From Spironucleus salmonicida (lineage: Eukaryota), in the NCBI RefSeq assembly GCF_000497125.1, contig NC_090602.1:1116001-1180000 (forward strand): a stretch of DNA of 64,000 nucleotides, given 5' to 3'. Positions 41,801-55,940 of this stretch are shown here, in pieces; the first letter of the stretch is position 1, and every line of letters starts with the position of its first letter. The notes below the pieces were generated by a model that made no database searches, was not told the origin of the DNA, and worked only from the letters and a program-made list of their open reading frames with translations. A program made the translations under genes and the position numbers.

Positions 41801-44800
41801 CTTTGCTTGAAAACGCTCAAATCTGAGTCGATTTCCGTGATTTCCGTCGTCTGCTCGTCCGGCTTTTGCTGGTTTTTGAGCACATCGCCGCCGAAAGTTT
41901 TCGTGAAAAGTTCGGTCCAGTATCTCGTGTTATCGGCGACAATTCCGGTCGGTTTGGCCTGAATTACCTGCTTCTTACGGTCCCTCGCAACCGTGCTCTC
42001 GTTCTCGTCGTCCTGCTCCTTCTGCGTCACTTTGAACTCTGCGACTCTGAAAGCTGCGAAAAAGTCGTTCTTGTCCAGCGCGCCGCCCTCTTTGACTTTC
42101 TGGTTTTGGCCGTCGACGTGAATCGCCTTCGCCTGCTCGTTTGCGAGCTCCACAGGCTCCATATCGAGCAATCTGTTGACCTCTTCGTCGTTATATTCGA
42201 TGACTTTGTCGTCCACGGACTTCATGAAATCCTTGAATTCCTGGCTCTCGAAGTCGATTCCGCCCTAAAACATGTCCGCCATTTTGACCAAATCGGCGTT
42301 CATGTCGCGGAACGATGTCAAGATGTTCTGACAGCCAAACGCCAAAACGTCGTCCAAATTGTCGTTATCGTCCACTTTTCCGATGCCCTACAACGGCTTG
42401 ACCAAGATGTACGAAAGTGACAATTTCTGCTTCGCACGCTCCAAAATGCGCTAATCGATCGTGTCCCGGCAGAATATTTTGTAAACTCGCACGATTTGCG
42501 TCTGACCGATTCTGGCCGCTCTGTGCATCGCCTGGAGGTCGTTTTACGGGTTCCAGGACGCGTCGAAGATGATGACGTCCTGCGCGGCCTGCAAATTGAT
42601 GCCCATTCCGCCCGAATTCGTCGACAAAATGAAAACCGTAATGTTGTTCGCAGGGTCGTTGAAGCGGTCAATCAGCTGCTGGCGGTCCGAGGAGTGCACG
42701 GAGCCGTCCAGCCTGCAAAAGTTGTATTCGCGCTTTTTGAGCAGAATCTCCAAAACGTTCAAAACCATCACAAATTGACTGAAAATGAGCACTTTTCGGC
42801 AGCGTTTGTGGATTCCGATGAGCAGCCGATCGACCATTTTCATCTTCGCGCTCATGTCCAGAAACTCTTCGATTTCCATGTTGCTGACGATTTTTGCGTA
42901 GCGGCGATCGAGCAAAACGGGGTGATTGCAGACGTGCCTGAGCGAAACGGCTGTGTTTCGCAGCATCGACGCGCGCTGCTTGAAAAGCCGTTTTTCGGTC
43001 AGTTTGAAGCGGTCGTCGTAGAGCATTTTGCTGTAAATGAGCTTCTGACGCTTTGTCATATCGACCGGAATCAAAATTTCGGCCTTCGTCACTGGGTCTG
43101 CAAAAACGTCTTTGTGGGACCTGATAAGAACGTGCGGCTTGACCATTTCGTGCAAAAGTGCTAATGATTATTTTCGCTACTCAGGTGGAATGATGAGTGA
43201 GCTAGCGTCTTCGGCGTATTTCGTCAAAAGAACGCACTTTGGCTCTGTAAAAACGTTGGGCTCGATGAATGATAATAAATTTACGAATTCCTCAAAGTTG
43301 TTCTGAACAGGCGTTCCTGTGAGAATTACACGCTATTTGGCCTTAATATGATCGAGAACTGCATAAACTTAATTTTTTAAGCCGCCTTTTAAGCGATGGC
43401 CTTCGTCGCAGATGAGGGTAGAGAATGGGCCTTAAGATTGCAGGAGAGCCTGCCAATGGTTTGGGTAGGTTTAGGTGTAAAATTTACCAGTTTTATCCTT
43501 ATATGTGATAGGATCGATTTTCTTTCTCATCAGGTTTGTGGTGGTTTCGTATGACATAATAATAATGTCAAAGTGCTTGGAGCCGTTGAATTATCTTGCA
43601 TTTTTAGAAGCAAATTGGAAGGAGACAGCTTCTTCAGGAGTATTTTATCTTTTCTCGTTGTTTTCCTTGTTTTATGTGATTTCAACAATATAGTCCATAA
43701 GTCTTTATCTAGATGATCTGCATTCTGCATCAGAATCAGAATTTGTTTAGTTGAAAGTGACACCAACATCTTAAACAGTTACATCTGATTAACTATCATA
43801 ATAGTTTCTCATAGCTCCTTTGATGCCTGTTCTAATGACATATTCAATACCTACGGTATCCGTAACCTCTATCAAGCCAAGTGATAAGAATGGGACCCAT
43901 TTTCGCAATTCTCTTACCCAATTATTAATTGTTGACGTGGGACAGATAATAAGATGTGTACCAAAGCAACCGTATTCTGTTAATGAAGCTAAAAATCCGC
44001 ACACTTGAATAGATTTTCCCAAACCCATTTAATCACAGAAAAGTACACCTCTTTTAATATTATGGGTGAAGAGCAACCAGTTTATACCTAGAAGCTGAAA
44101 ATCGTATAAGTTTTTACCACCTAATGCTAGATAAGGAGGTGTTGCTATAAGCGGTCTATATTCTCCTAATCTTCCTTTTACAATTCTCTCTTCTCTTTAT
44201 TCAACCCAAGTTTTTTATGATAATGATAGCCCAATTAACTAGAATAATGAGTTTCTTTTAACACCTAGTGTATCAATTAGAAATTATAAAATTTAAGTTC
44301 GACCATAGGGAAGGAGGAAATATACGGATTCAAAAGTACTTTCTTCAAAATTACCACCGAGCCATCTGACTAAAAAGGTTGTGTTATTCCTAGCTATAAT
44401 TTAATCAGGAATTAAAAATGATGGCGGAACCCCATTTGTATGCAATACCTTAGCATAATTAACAACTGAATCCTGTACAAATTAAGGAGACATTTCCAAA
44501 TACTATTTTATTAAGTTTTAATATTTAGGAGGTAAAGCCGTCATTACAAAGTCATCAGGATTAACTTGCATATAATTTTCAAATCCTTCTGCAAGTTTGG
44601 AGTTAGATACATACTTATTATCTTCTGGTTCTTAAAATTCAGTTTGACAACCAGACTCTTCACTATCACTATCAAATACTTTAAGTATTTCATTGCTTTA
44701 TTAGATCCCTAGCTTAGTATTAATTTCATTCATCTGAACAACTCTATCAAGCCCAAATTCTCTCTCAATGCCCTTATAAACTGTCAAACAGTTCAGTAAA

Positions 44801-45840
44801 TTTACCGCAGATAGTCTAGCTCTTGCAATATATTAAATTCTGCTATGAGCTATCCATTTAACTCTCCAATAGCTTTAGAAATTTAATTTAACTAAGAAGT
44901 AAATTCTATCAGCTAGGTAAATATTAGTAGGAACTCTCATAGGATACAAATTCATATAAGTGTCATAGTTTTATTTAAAACTTAAAGTCTCATTGTATTA
45001 CTCATATTTCTTTTTCAACTACTCAACCATAACATGTTCAAGCTCTTCTCTACTTAATACTTTGATTGATAATATCTTATCAACAGTGGATATACCTCCA
45101 TCAATTTTGCATAGTTCGCATACGAAGCCTCTTTTATTAATTTCTGTAACTCCAGCGCACTCAGCATGGAAACATACACCACAATTAACACAAGATAAGG
45201 TATCTCCACCACCTCTACATGAATGACATGATTTTTCAAAACAATCGGGACAATAAACTGCCCCATGGATAACAACCTCGTTTGATATTAAATAGTGGCC
45301 ATCTACTTCATAATAGTTTTTAATATCTTCTTATTATATTTCTGATATACTATTAGTCCCATTAATTAAATCTTTTTAAGGAATTGTAAAATGGGGATCT
45401 TGTTAATCGGCATAAAATGATCGTTGATGTTTTGGTAGGCATTCAAAATGGAATAATTTTTAACATTCTGGACACGACCATACTTGCAAATTTTTGTTAA
45501 TTTTTTAACATTTAGTACAGAATTCATGGTTAGAAGAACCTTAAGACTGCTCTATTTGAGTTCTGAAAGAAACGCCATTTGAACTACAAGCCTTTGTAGG
45601 AATTATTTTAGGATAATATATTGGCGGAGTTTATATAGTAGAAACAAATTATGTACATTAATCTTATGAAAATTGTTTACACTAGTTTTCAATGTGTTAA
45701 AATTAAGAGAACCTAGAATTATGTTCTTCTTGCCCTTATTCTTGGATATGTTAAAACCCCTAAATAGGATCTTCTAGCGCTTTGGAGATAGTTACATAGG
45801 GTTCTAAAGAAACTGAATAACTATGCAGATTAGGGTTCAT
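38872..45840 (-). CDS. CHD/Mi-2-type SNF2 chromatin remodeler (PHD fingers, chromodomain-like segment, helicase)
   Basis: Code-6 ORF of about 2322 aa joining in-frame track fragments: PHD-like CxxC...CxxC...HxxC, FLVRW, DQMGLGKS, ICDEGHRLK, LTGTPVQNN, KVLIFSQF, RLDGS, GGMGINL, SWNPQ, RCTERP-region RIGQ. Confidence 0.85.
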
Positions 45841-46031
45841 TTTGTAGAAGTGGTGAAGCGGGGAAAAATGGCAAGAACTGTATTTTAAAAAATATATTAA
45901 TAATAATTTTAGTAATGAGGAAATTATCTCAATTATATATACAATCTGATAATAATTGTTTGAAAGAACCAACTGCAAAGATACATCACATCACCGCCGT
46001 CACAAAACGTACCAGACACCAGATTACCGTC

Positions 46032-47258
46032 TCACGCACCGTTAATCTTCTCCGCAATGCTCATTACTTCGCTGTACTTCCCGGGTATGTAGAACCCGCC
46101 CTCGAGCGTCATTTCGACCATCTAAATACCGATTTTGCTGCATAGCGCAGTCTCGGCCTTCATGAGCTGGATAAGCTCGTCCTGGATGTTCTGTATACTG
46201 ATTTTGAAAATTTTGCGCTACCGCTTCAGCTCATGCTGAATCTCAGCCTCGATCTCCTTCAGAAACACAGCGTCCTTGCTGGAGGCCAGGCGGTCCACTA
46301 TCAGCGAGTTCCGATTCGCGCCCATTTTACTCAGAAGGAGCTAAATGAACTGCTTTATGATAATAAACGAAGGCGAGTTCTGCGGCTTGTGGGCCAGGTA
46401 CGCGCCGAAGAGCGAGAGCACCGAAATCGTGTCTGGCGCCGTCGGGTTGAGCTGCTGGAAGTGTCCCGCGAACTCTGGAGCGCAGGCGTTCAGATTAGCT
46501 AAAACCAGCGTGCTTATGGAGACGACTGCGCGGAAGGAGGCCACGAATTTCGTGAAAAGGTCGATCGAGTAAAACACGAGCACGAGCTCCACCTTGCGGA
46601 TCTGCGCGAACGCGAAAACGGCCTACACGAGGTCTTGCTTGAAGCTGCTCTCGTTGAACTCGTAGAGGATCCGCAAACGTGGGAAAATGACGCCTCTGAC
46701 CTGCTTCACGTTGTTCTGCTGGTAGTCCATTTGCGTGTGCAATTTCCGCAAACCGCTTCTTACGTCCCTGTACTCGAAGGGGGTATTTGGGTAGTAAATT
46801 TGCTCTAGGAGCGTGCTAAAGTCCGTTTCCTGCGTCGTGAGGCGGATGTGCGAAACTATGAAATTTTCGGTGCTGTCAGCGTTCTGGTACTCTTCGTAGC
46901 TATCAAAGTCTAGTTGACATATTGGGTCATAGCTCTGGTCTTTTTGGAGCTCGCAAATGAGCTCCTGGCTTAGTTTACCTATTTAAATTGCGCAAACGAC
47001 TGATTTCTAGTTAAGCGCGTTTCTGATTTTTTGGGCTGTTTCTGCGATCTTGAGGTCGTGCTCGAAGAGCTGGGACGGTGTCGTTCCTATTTCTCGGTTT
47101 TCCAAAAAATCCTGGCATATTTGGGCCCAGGAGCCATAAAAAATGTTACCGGTGGAGCGGGGGGCAGAGGTGCAGATGACGTCAGAGGTCAGATTTTTGA
47201 CGGTGCGTGTGCCGGCCTGGTACGCAGCTAGGAGGTCTGTGAGGTGCACCTCAGCCAT
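46032..47258 (-). CDS. Hypothetical protein (408 aa); first 111 nt lie in the IR3 left arm
   Basis: Code-6 ORF MAEVHLTDLLAAYQAG...AEKINGA with GC-rich codon usage; joins two track fragments in frame. Confidence 0.65.
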
Positions 47259-47285
47259 TCGAAGCGAGATGTAAGTTGAAAAATT

Positions 47286-47358
47286 CGCCTTTTGGCGGGA
47301 TTGAACCGTCGACCTTGCGGTTAACAGCCGCACGCTCTACCTGCTGAGCTAAAAAGGC
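47286..47358 (-). tRNA. tRNA-Asn(GTT)
   Basis: Identical to 31719..31791 in reverse complement. Confidence 0.95.
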
Positions 47359-48539
47359 ATACCTTAGTAACTGTAATAAGATACATAGTATTAGACTATC
47401 AAGATAGGCCGCGAGTGTAGAGCTTTCGTGCTAAAATTCGAAACTATAGCGTGCAAGAGAGGATCTTATAGCGTATTAAATATAACCTGAATGCGTATCT
47501 CCGAACTATAACAATATTAACACTTTAAATCATAGTATCTAATATTACCGAACTTTCGCTTATTGTGACTCCGTTAAACTATTATTACTGTAATATATTA
47601 TACAAACAGATCAGTTTATGACGATACTTCACAATGTGCATTATGTTACCTTCAAACAACTATGCCATGTAACAGCAATACTTTGTAACCATAAGAAGTT
47701 ACGTTTTATGAATAAGTAAGTATATAATAAATATAAAATTTATATTTGCAAATATTTTAAAATACTGTAGTAAATATTTAAATGTTAATTATAGATATAT
47801 ACAAGTTGAAAATTAGATATAATTATCTCTGAATCGGAGTATTCATTAATTAAATCTACAATGAGGAAATAGAAAATCGGCGATAAATTTTAACAGGCTA
47901 AACTTTGCATGAAATTGGTATCAAAACTCTGATTACTTTAAACTAAATATAAACAGAATATGATTGGTCATATTCGCGGGGATAAATCTAACAAAAAGCC
48001 GTCAAAGCTACTATATGGATTAGTTAAATTTGTCCATTTCATTTTGTAGTACATAAATGATATTGAAACAAGTTATCACATATTAGTGTGACAGATTTGC
48101 TGGGAAATCACTTGCTATAGTAAATAGATGACATATATATTTATGGGCTGATTAATTCTATGTCAAAACTGTTGTTTTTAATAATGGTAGATACAATAAG
48201 AAATAAATGTTACTAAGCGAATTCATATGACTATGCAGTCTCCAAAGATAAAATATGTGAAATTTTGAAGTTTAAAATAATTTGGATAAAGTAGATTTTC
48301 ACCAGCACACGATAATTCTTATTTTTTAGTAATAGGAAGACTTTGTCCTCTTAAAATTTTGGATTATATATCTTTTAATTGATGAATACAGTGAATTTTG
48401 ATAGATATACATTATTAAGTCGGAATTTGTACGAAATGATTCTGATTAAGAGATCTTTATAGGTTAAATTATGTATAATCAAGTGTAAAACTTCTACCCA
48501 GCACCAGTAAATTAATTTTATCTGTTTGTGCTATCATTA

Positions 48540-49600
48540 TTTAATCAATGATCAGGAGGATGAGGGCATCCCCTGCACTCCGATCCTGGAGCAGCTTCCT
48601 ACAAAGGATATGGTACGGGCTCAGGTGTATATAAGGTTACTGGACGCGCCGTTGTGACCCTACACCTGTGCAATCTCCATGTTATCTGCACGTTGGTAGG
48701 GCTATCGGTGTAAATATGCAGCCTTGCCATTGAATATATGCATGCATCTGGAGATCGCAAGTGTGCTGGCCGTGGTATACCCAGGTTGGCTGCTTGTGTG
48801 CGTATAACAATCTGAAGTGGTCAGTGGGGAGCGATAAAATTATTCTGATTAACATGATATCCCTCACGACGGCCCGGCTCTTCTCCGTGCAAACGAACAC
48901 CCCAGCGACGCGAGAGAGCCCATACATGCCGTATTCCACCTCTATAGGGCGGCATCCTATGGATGCTGTGCTATGCCTGTTCACCGAGGCGGCAATCGTG
49001 CATAATATATGTTCGACTGCAATCCTCGCTCCACAATAGCTTTGTACTCCACACTGGTACATACCTATATGGATGTCTACTGAGTGGCTATTCATACACA
49101 CCGAGCAGCGGTAGGTCTGGAACTTAGTGTATCACATGTACACGGCGATGATGAAGCAGGCATCGTCCATGATGCAGCCCGCACTAGGCCAAGTATGGAA
49201 CGCGCATACGGTGCCAGGAGTGTTTGTGACAAAATTGTTCACATACTTGATGCACTGTACGGTGTCATCGGATGGCAGCTCGAGCATCAGGAAATAGCGT
49301 GGCACTATTCGTTGGAGGCACTTATATGTGTCTACGGGTATGCATTTAATACGGTTATTTGATCCTCTTGGACAGAACCTAGCTTTCACCCTCTATATGG
49401 GCGTATAATTGGTAGATGCCTTTAGCGTAGATCGCTGCATCGTCGACACATGACACCGGTGTCATTGGCACATTCACAAATTATGGTGCTAGAGTCGTAG
49501 CTAATATCAGAAAAAGGACTTTAGCATTATTTCGGGTCTGTAAGGGAGCACTGATAGCGATTACGCACGCCAGCGCAAGAAATTTGAGGAGTGGTAGAAA
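48540..49600 (-). pseudogene. Fragmented cysteine-rich/secreted protein remnant (left copy)
   Basis: Mirror of 55941..57001; limits approximate. Confidence 0.35.
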
Positions 49601-51502
49601 CTAAAAAGCGTTATTTTCCAATTATTTTTTGAACTTATAAGACTGCTAAGTTGTCCCCAGGTAAGTTATACTCATATGATAATGTTGATATCATATTGAT
49701 TATAGAACATTAGAGCAATTAAATATGTTATTAATAACCACTTTTATAGTATTGAAATGTTATAAATAAGTTATAGCAAAGTGAAGCATAAAATATTGAG
49801 TATCTTCGTAAAACCAAGGTATTATATACATTAATTTACTGAATTTGAATAATGTTAGTGGTCAAATTTTGCTAATATAAATCTATGATACCCATATTAC
49901 AAACTATATGTATTAAATAAAAATAACAGATTGTAGCTAATCTTAAATGTTAAGTTCCCGTGTCTAGTAACCTAGTATCTATCTTGTGTAGGATCGTAAT
50001 GTACCATAAGTAGAATCTAGATATCATCGGTAATTTCATAGAAGGTGAGGATGGTGATGCAGAGACACCGAAGATCAATACAAGACTAGGTAAACTAGGG
50101 GGCGTGAGTACGATGTGATTGCCAGCAGGTCATCTGGGAATAAGTTGGATTTGTAACATTGAAATGGATGGATCATCGTATATTTCGGCGCCGTGGGTTG
50201 ATCAGAAACTATTAATACCTCCATAGTAACGGAATGCTTGTTGCACTACAGTTTACCGTGCAAATGGACTTAGTAGGTGGGAAGGTTCCCTCCGTATACA
50301 TGATTAATATATAATTTTAAAAATCAGCATTCCCAATGCAGAGGTACTTCAATAGACGGCCGAAGAACATATTTAGGCCCTTCGAGACATCTGGTAATGC
50401 GTGCATTAAAGCACAAGAGCTTCGATACTTTCTGTGCGAAACAGAGTGTGCATAATGACCATGAATATCGTAATTATCATCACGCTGCTCGGCAAGAACA
50501 ACGATAGGCTTCTCGATAAGTGGGATTTGAACCTCTGCTTTCCCATAGGAAGGAATTACAATCAGGAGAATTCCTAACCCTGGTTTTCTTTGATGAATAC
50601 ACGGACAACTCTGGAATGGTACATTCTAGTGAGTTCATCAAAAAATGACTAATCTCGATACAAGCTTCCAAAGGAAGAATCTGCCCTTCTCCTCATGTAG
50701 TTTATATACTACTAAGATCAGCATATCAGCTGTTTATGTTTTGTGAGCCTTGTTACCGAATTCATTAAAGAGTGAGTGATAAATCCAAAATGCAATTTAC
50801 GCAGGCTCTTTAGGCGAAATTCTGACATAAGAGGATCCCGATGGCTGTCCTTACCGCTTAAAAGACCTAGGTTCTTAGGTTCTAGCATATTTCCCTCTCA
50901 GAGTAATAATTACTATCCCTAATGCTCTGCTTTCGGATCGTAGTTGCTGGTCTTAGCTAAATCCTGCCGTGGTATGGCCATAACTAGGCCCTATTGAATG
51001 CCGGATCTCATTGCTAGCAGTCATTTAGCTTTAGTTTAAGGTACCAACTACACTGAGTTACCATCGTCTTCATCTATTTAAATATCTCATCCCATATATC
51101 CTGGTTCTAGTGCCCGAGGTAGAGCAGCACGTGGTCATAGTCTTGTCCAGGAATGACCCACCGCATATCCACCAGAAGGGGGCCAATTGTCAGCTATGAG
51201 TCTCATTTATCCCACCTAGAAGCCAACCCATAATGCACATGCTGACTGCTGTGCCAGCGAGATAAGTGGTGGGAGGTCTTGATGATGGCTGCCGAACGCG
51301 GAATATTTTAGAATATGATGGATTAAAATGTTATCCACGTGGTGTCCGGTACAGTGCATAGAAAGACTAGGTCACGCCAACGTAACACTTGGTGTAGTGC
51401 GATCTTTCTCATCTGACACTACTGTAAAATCAAATGCTGCGAAAAGGTTGGTCACCAGCCTACCATACTAGGATCGATGTATGGACTCCAGGACGGAGCT
51501 CA

Positions 51503-51526
51503 CTACTACTACTACTACTACTACTA
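51503..51526 (+). repeat. (CTA)8 microsatellite; (TAG)6 at 54021..54038 in the other arm
   Basis: Read directly from the sequence. Confidence 0.9.
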
Positions 51527-51701
51527 GCATATGAATTATTTACCTCATTCTGCGGGAATTATCATTCAAATCTTAAATTTACACTCAGATATATTTACTT
51601 AAATCCATATATAAACATATAATCAGTTATTTCAAATTAAAGTTGCTAAATTGAGATAGATATGCATTTATTTATCATTGAAAAACGTATAAAAAATAAT
51701 T

Positions 51702-51774
51702 CGCCTTTTGGCGGGATTGAACCGTCGACCTTGCGGTTAACAGCCGCACGCTCTACCTGCTGAGCTAAAAAGGC
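51702..51774 (-). tRNA. tRNA-Asn(GTT)
   Basis: Identical 73-nt copy. Confidence 0.95.
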
Positions 51775-51965
51775 ATATATGGAGATAAATAAATCTAATT
51801 TTAATTATCCTAACTAATCAAATTATCTAAATATAAGTCTTATTTATCAATAGTACCTTAACAGTAAGTAATAATATGAGTTCAGAAGCATCATATACTT
51901 AGTACAACTAAAATATTCTAACTTTTTGCTAATATCCGTTAAAATATAATAGCCACGAAATAAGA

Positions 51966-53420
51966 TCACTCAACATAATCTAATATATCTATTAACTCAT
52001 CCTTTCTAAGCTCAACCTCCTGCACTCCTTGCCTCATCCTGTCAAGTCTCTGGAGATCCTTTCCACTAAGCCAAGAATTTGCTCTGTCTTCTTCAGTACC
52101 AGACATGCCACCGCCAAGAATTCTAATAGCAGAGTTTCTACTATTTTATGCTGTAAATGAATTAAAATACCTCAAGAATTAAAGAGATAATATATCTTTT
52201 TCTAATGCATATAGTTCTAATGACACATTTGACGATAATTAGTCTTTAACTTATCTAATAAGATTCTTATATGAATCCAATGCTCCATTGAAATTAAATA
52301 ATGAAGAATTCTCTATCTAAACAGTTAAATAATGGAATACAATGAATTTACATAAATTGGGTGTGAATTTATCTGTTGTGCAACTGATTGTAGCCTTGAT
52401 CAAATTTTCTGGTGTTTTTCTACAATTAATATCTCCATATAATTAAATCAAGTTGAAAATGATATTATCTTCATATTTCATACCGACAATCATTATTCTT
52501 AATCTATCAAACTCTTTCCAAGCTTCTGATATAGAATCAAATTTCCACAAACAGCTACTGAATATTTCTAAATAATTTCTATAAAAACCAAACATTGCAG
52601 TAAGATCACCGCTTAAAACTCTAAGGATTCTTTCCGAATCGCAGATTTATACTTCATTCAATGAATCAAAAACAGATTTCCAATTTGAAACTTTACCCGC
52701 ACACACTACTAAAGCTAATCTATTTTGTTTATGATTTTCTAAAATTTTGGCAGCTTCTGAAAACTTACCTATGGCTAATAATAAAAGGACCTTTTATGTC
52801 AAATCTGTACATCTACTAATAGACTACAATAAATATTCTTCAAAAAATTTTTTCAATGTAAAATATCTCGAATCTTTCTCTACCTATTCATTTTCTTCTT
52901 CAAATGTTAGTTAATACATAGGTATTTATGAATGAAACTAGGTTCCGAATAAAATAGCTAAAAGCTGCATAACTGCTCTAGTTATTTAAAATTCATTATT
53001 CACATCTGAAATAGTCATATTACCATTCAAATCAAATGAAAGTCCTGTTTCAGTTTTAAGTGGGTTTAAACTTAAAACAGAAAAAGCTTATGTTTAAAGC
53101 TAAATTGAAGGGTGTGTTTCAGCTAAATTTAAAAATAACTAAGTAGTCTCAGGAGATTTTTAGTATGGTTTTAGTATTTCTGGTGATTAAAATTATGTTA
53201 AAACTTAATCTGTATTAGAAATTTGAACTTTGTTATTCTAGAAATAAATAGCTTTCTATCTTGTAGACGTCGCAATACAATAATTTTATTACTTCAAAAA
53301 TTTCTTTGGTGGTGGCAATGGTAAAGCTGAATTCAAGTCATATTAATTATTTGTCTAAACTCCGGATATTTCCATTTTAGATAATGCTAGATCAGCATCC
53401 ATATTATGAGTTTCGAACAT
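51966..53420 (-). CDS. Alpha-helical hypothetical protein (484 aa), possibly Nup96-like; last 96 nt lie in the IR3 left arm
   Basis: Code-6 ORF MFETHNMDADL...LLAIGKFSEAAKILENHKQNRLALVCAG...ERILRVLSGD...ILDYVE, ends GAG-TGA. Confidence 0.6.
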
Positions 53421-53772
53421 TTAAAAAGATAAAATTAATTAGTATGTATAACATATAATTTATATTATGATTTTAATTATTCTGTAAGGATCTCCAGAGA
53501 CTTGACAGGATGAGGCAAGGAGTGCAGGAGGTTGAGCTTAGAAAGGATGAGTTAATAGATATATTAGATTATGTTGAGTGATCTTATTTCGTGGCTATTA
53601 TATTTTAACGGATATTAGCAAAAAGTTAGAATATTTTAGTTGTACTAAGTATATGATGCTTCTGAACTCATATTATTACTTACTGTTAAGGTACTATTGA
53701 TAAATAAGACTTATATTTAGATAATTTGATTAGTTAGGATAATTAAAATTAGATTTATTTATCTCCATATAT

Positions 53773-53845
53773 GCCTTTTTAGCTCAGCAGGTAGAGCGTG
53801 CGGCTGTTAACCGCAAGGTCGACGGTTCAATCCCGCCAAAAGGCG
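53773..53845 (+). tRNA. tRNA-Asn(GTT)
   Basis: Identical 73-nt copy. Confidence 0.95.
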
Positions 53846-55940
53846 AATTATTTTTTATACGTTTTTCAATGATAAATAAATGCATATCTATCTCAATTTA
53901 GCAACTTTAATTTGAAATAACTGATTATATGTTTATATATGGATTTAAGTAAATATATCTGAGTGTAAATTTAAGATTTGAATGATAATTCCCGCAGAAT
54001 GAGGTAAATAATTCATATGCTAGTAGTAGTAGTAGTAGTGAGCTCCGTCCTGGAGTCCATACATCGATCCTAGTATGGTAGGCTGGTGACCAACCTTTTC
54101 GCAGCATTTGATTTTACAGTAGTGTCAGATGAGAAAGATCGCACTACACCAAGTGTTACGTTGGCGTGACCTAGTCTTTCTATGCACTGTACCGGACACC
54201 ACGTGGATAACATTTTAATCCATCATATTCTAAAATATTCCGCGTTCGGCAGCCATCATCAAGACCTCCCACCACTTATCTCGCTGGCACAGCAGTCAGC
54301 ATGTGCATTATGGGTTGGCTTCTAGGTGGGATAAATGAGACTCATAGCTGACAATTGGCCCCCTTCTGGTGGATATGCGGTGGGTCATTCCTGGACAAGA
54401 CTATGACCACGTGCTGCTCTACCTCGGGCACTAGAACCAGGATATATGGGATGAGATATTTAAATAGATGAAGACGATGGTAACTCAGTGTAGTTGGTAC
54501 CTTAAACTAAAGCTAAATGACTGCTAGCAATGAGATCCGGCATTCAATAGGGCCTAGTTATGGCCATACCACGGCAGGATTTAGCTAAGACCAGCAACTA
54601 CGATCCGAAAGCAGAGCATTAGGGATAGTAATTATTACTCTGAGAGGGAAATATGCTAGAACCTAAGAACCTAGGTCTTTTAAGCGGTAAGGACAGCCAT
54701 CGGGATCCTCTTATGTCAGAATTTCGCCTAAAGAGCCTGCGTAAATTGCATTTTGGATTTATCACTCACTCTTTAATGAATTCGGTAACAAGGCTCACAA
54801 AACATAAACAGCTGATATGCTGATCTTAGTAGTATATAAACTACATGAGGAGAAGGGCAGATTCTTCCTTTGGAAGCTTGTATCGAGATTAGTCATTTTT
54901 TGATGAACTCACTAGAATGTACCATTCCAGAGTTGTCCGTGTATTCATCAAAGAAAACCAGGGTTAGGAATTCTCCTGATTGTAATTCCTTCCTATGGGA
55001 AAGCAGAGGTTCAAATCCCACTTATCGAGAAGCCTATCGTTGTTCTTGCCGAGCAGCGTGATGATAATTACGATATTCATGGTCATTATGCACACTCTGT
55101 TTCGCACAGAAAGTATCGAAGCTCTTGTGCTTTAATGCACGCATTACCAGATGTCTCGAAGGGCCTAAATATGTTCTTCGGCCGTCTATTGAAGTACCTC
55201 TGCATTGGGAATGCTGATTTTTAAAATTATATATTAATCATGTATACGGAGGGAACCTTCCCACCTACTAAGTCCATTTGCACGGTAAACTGTAGTGCAA
55301 CAAGCATTCCGTTACTATGGAGGTATTAATAGTTTCTGATCAACCCACGGCGCCGAAATATACGATGATCCATCCATTTCAATGTTACAAATCCAACTTA
55401 TTCCCAGATGACCTGCTGGCAATCACATCGTACTCACGCCCCCTAGTTTACCTAGTCTTGTATTGATCTTCGGTGTCTCTGCATCACCATCCTCACCTTC
55501 TATGAAATTACCGATGATATCTAGATTCTACTTATGGTACATTACGATCCTACACAAGATAGATACTAGGTTACTAGACACGGGAACTTAACATTTAAGA
55601 TTAGCTACAATCTGTTATTTTTATTTAATACATATAGTTTGTAATATGGGTATCATAGATTTATATTAGCAAAATTTGACCACTAACATTATTCAAATTC
55701 AGTAAATTAATGTATATAATACCTTGGTTTTACGAAGATACTCAATATTTTATGCTTCACTTTGCTATAACTTATTTATAACATTTCAATACTATAAAAG
55801 TGGTTATTAATAACATATTTAATTGCTCTAATGTTCTATAATCAATATGATATCAACATTATCATATGAGTATAACTTACCTGGGGACAACTTAGCAGTC
55901 TTATAAGTTCAAAAAATAATTGGAAAATAACGCTTTTTAG

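Larger units (their letters stand above)
47148..52061. repeat. Inverted repeat 3, left arm (4914 bp)
   Basis: Reverse complement of 53486..58393; differences seen are a substitution (48912 vs 56629) and (CTA)8 vs (CTA)6. Confidence 0.95.

Noticed and set aside
49451-49464. 14-bp perfect palindrome TGACACCGGTGTCA, and ACCGGT at the IR3 outer junction
   Set aside because: Single short occurrences with no equivalent at the other junctions; compatible with chance.
54961-55025. tRNA-Tyr-like string (GATTGTAATTC...GGTTCAAATCCC), mirrored near 50516..50580
   Set aside because: Anticodon, T and acceptor stems do not pair; at most a relic or chance match.
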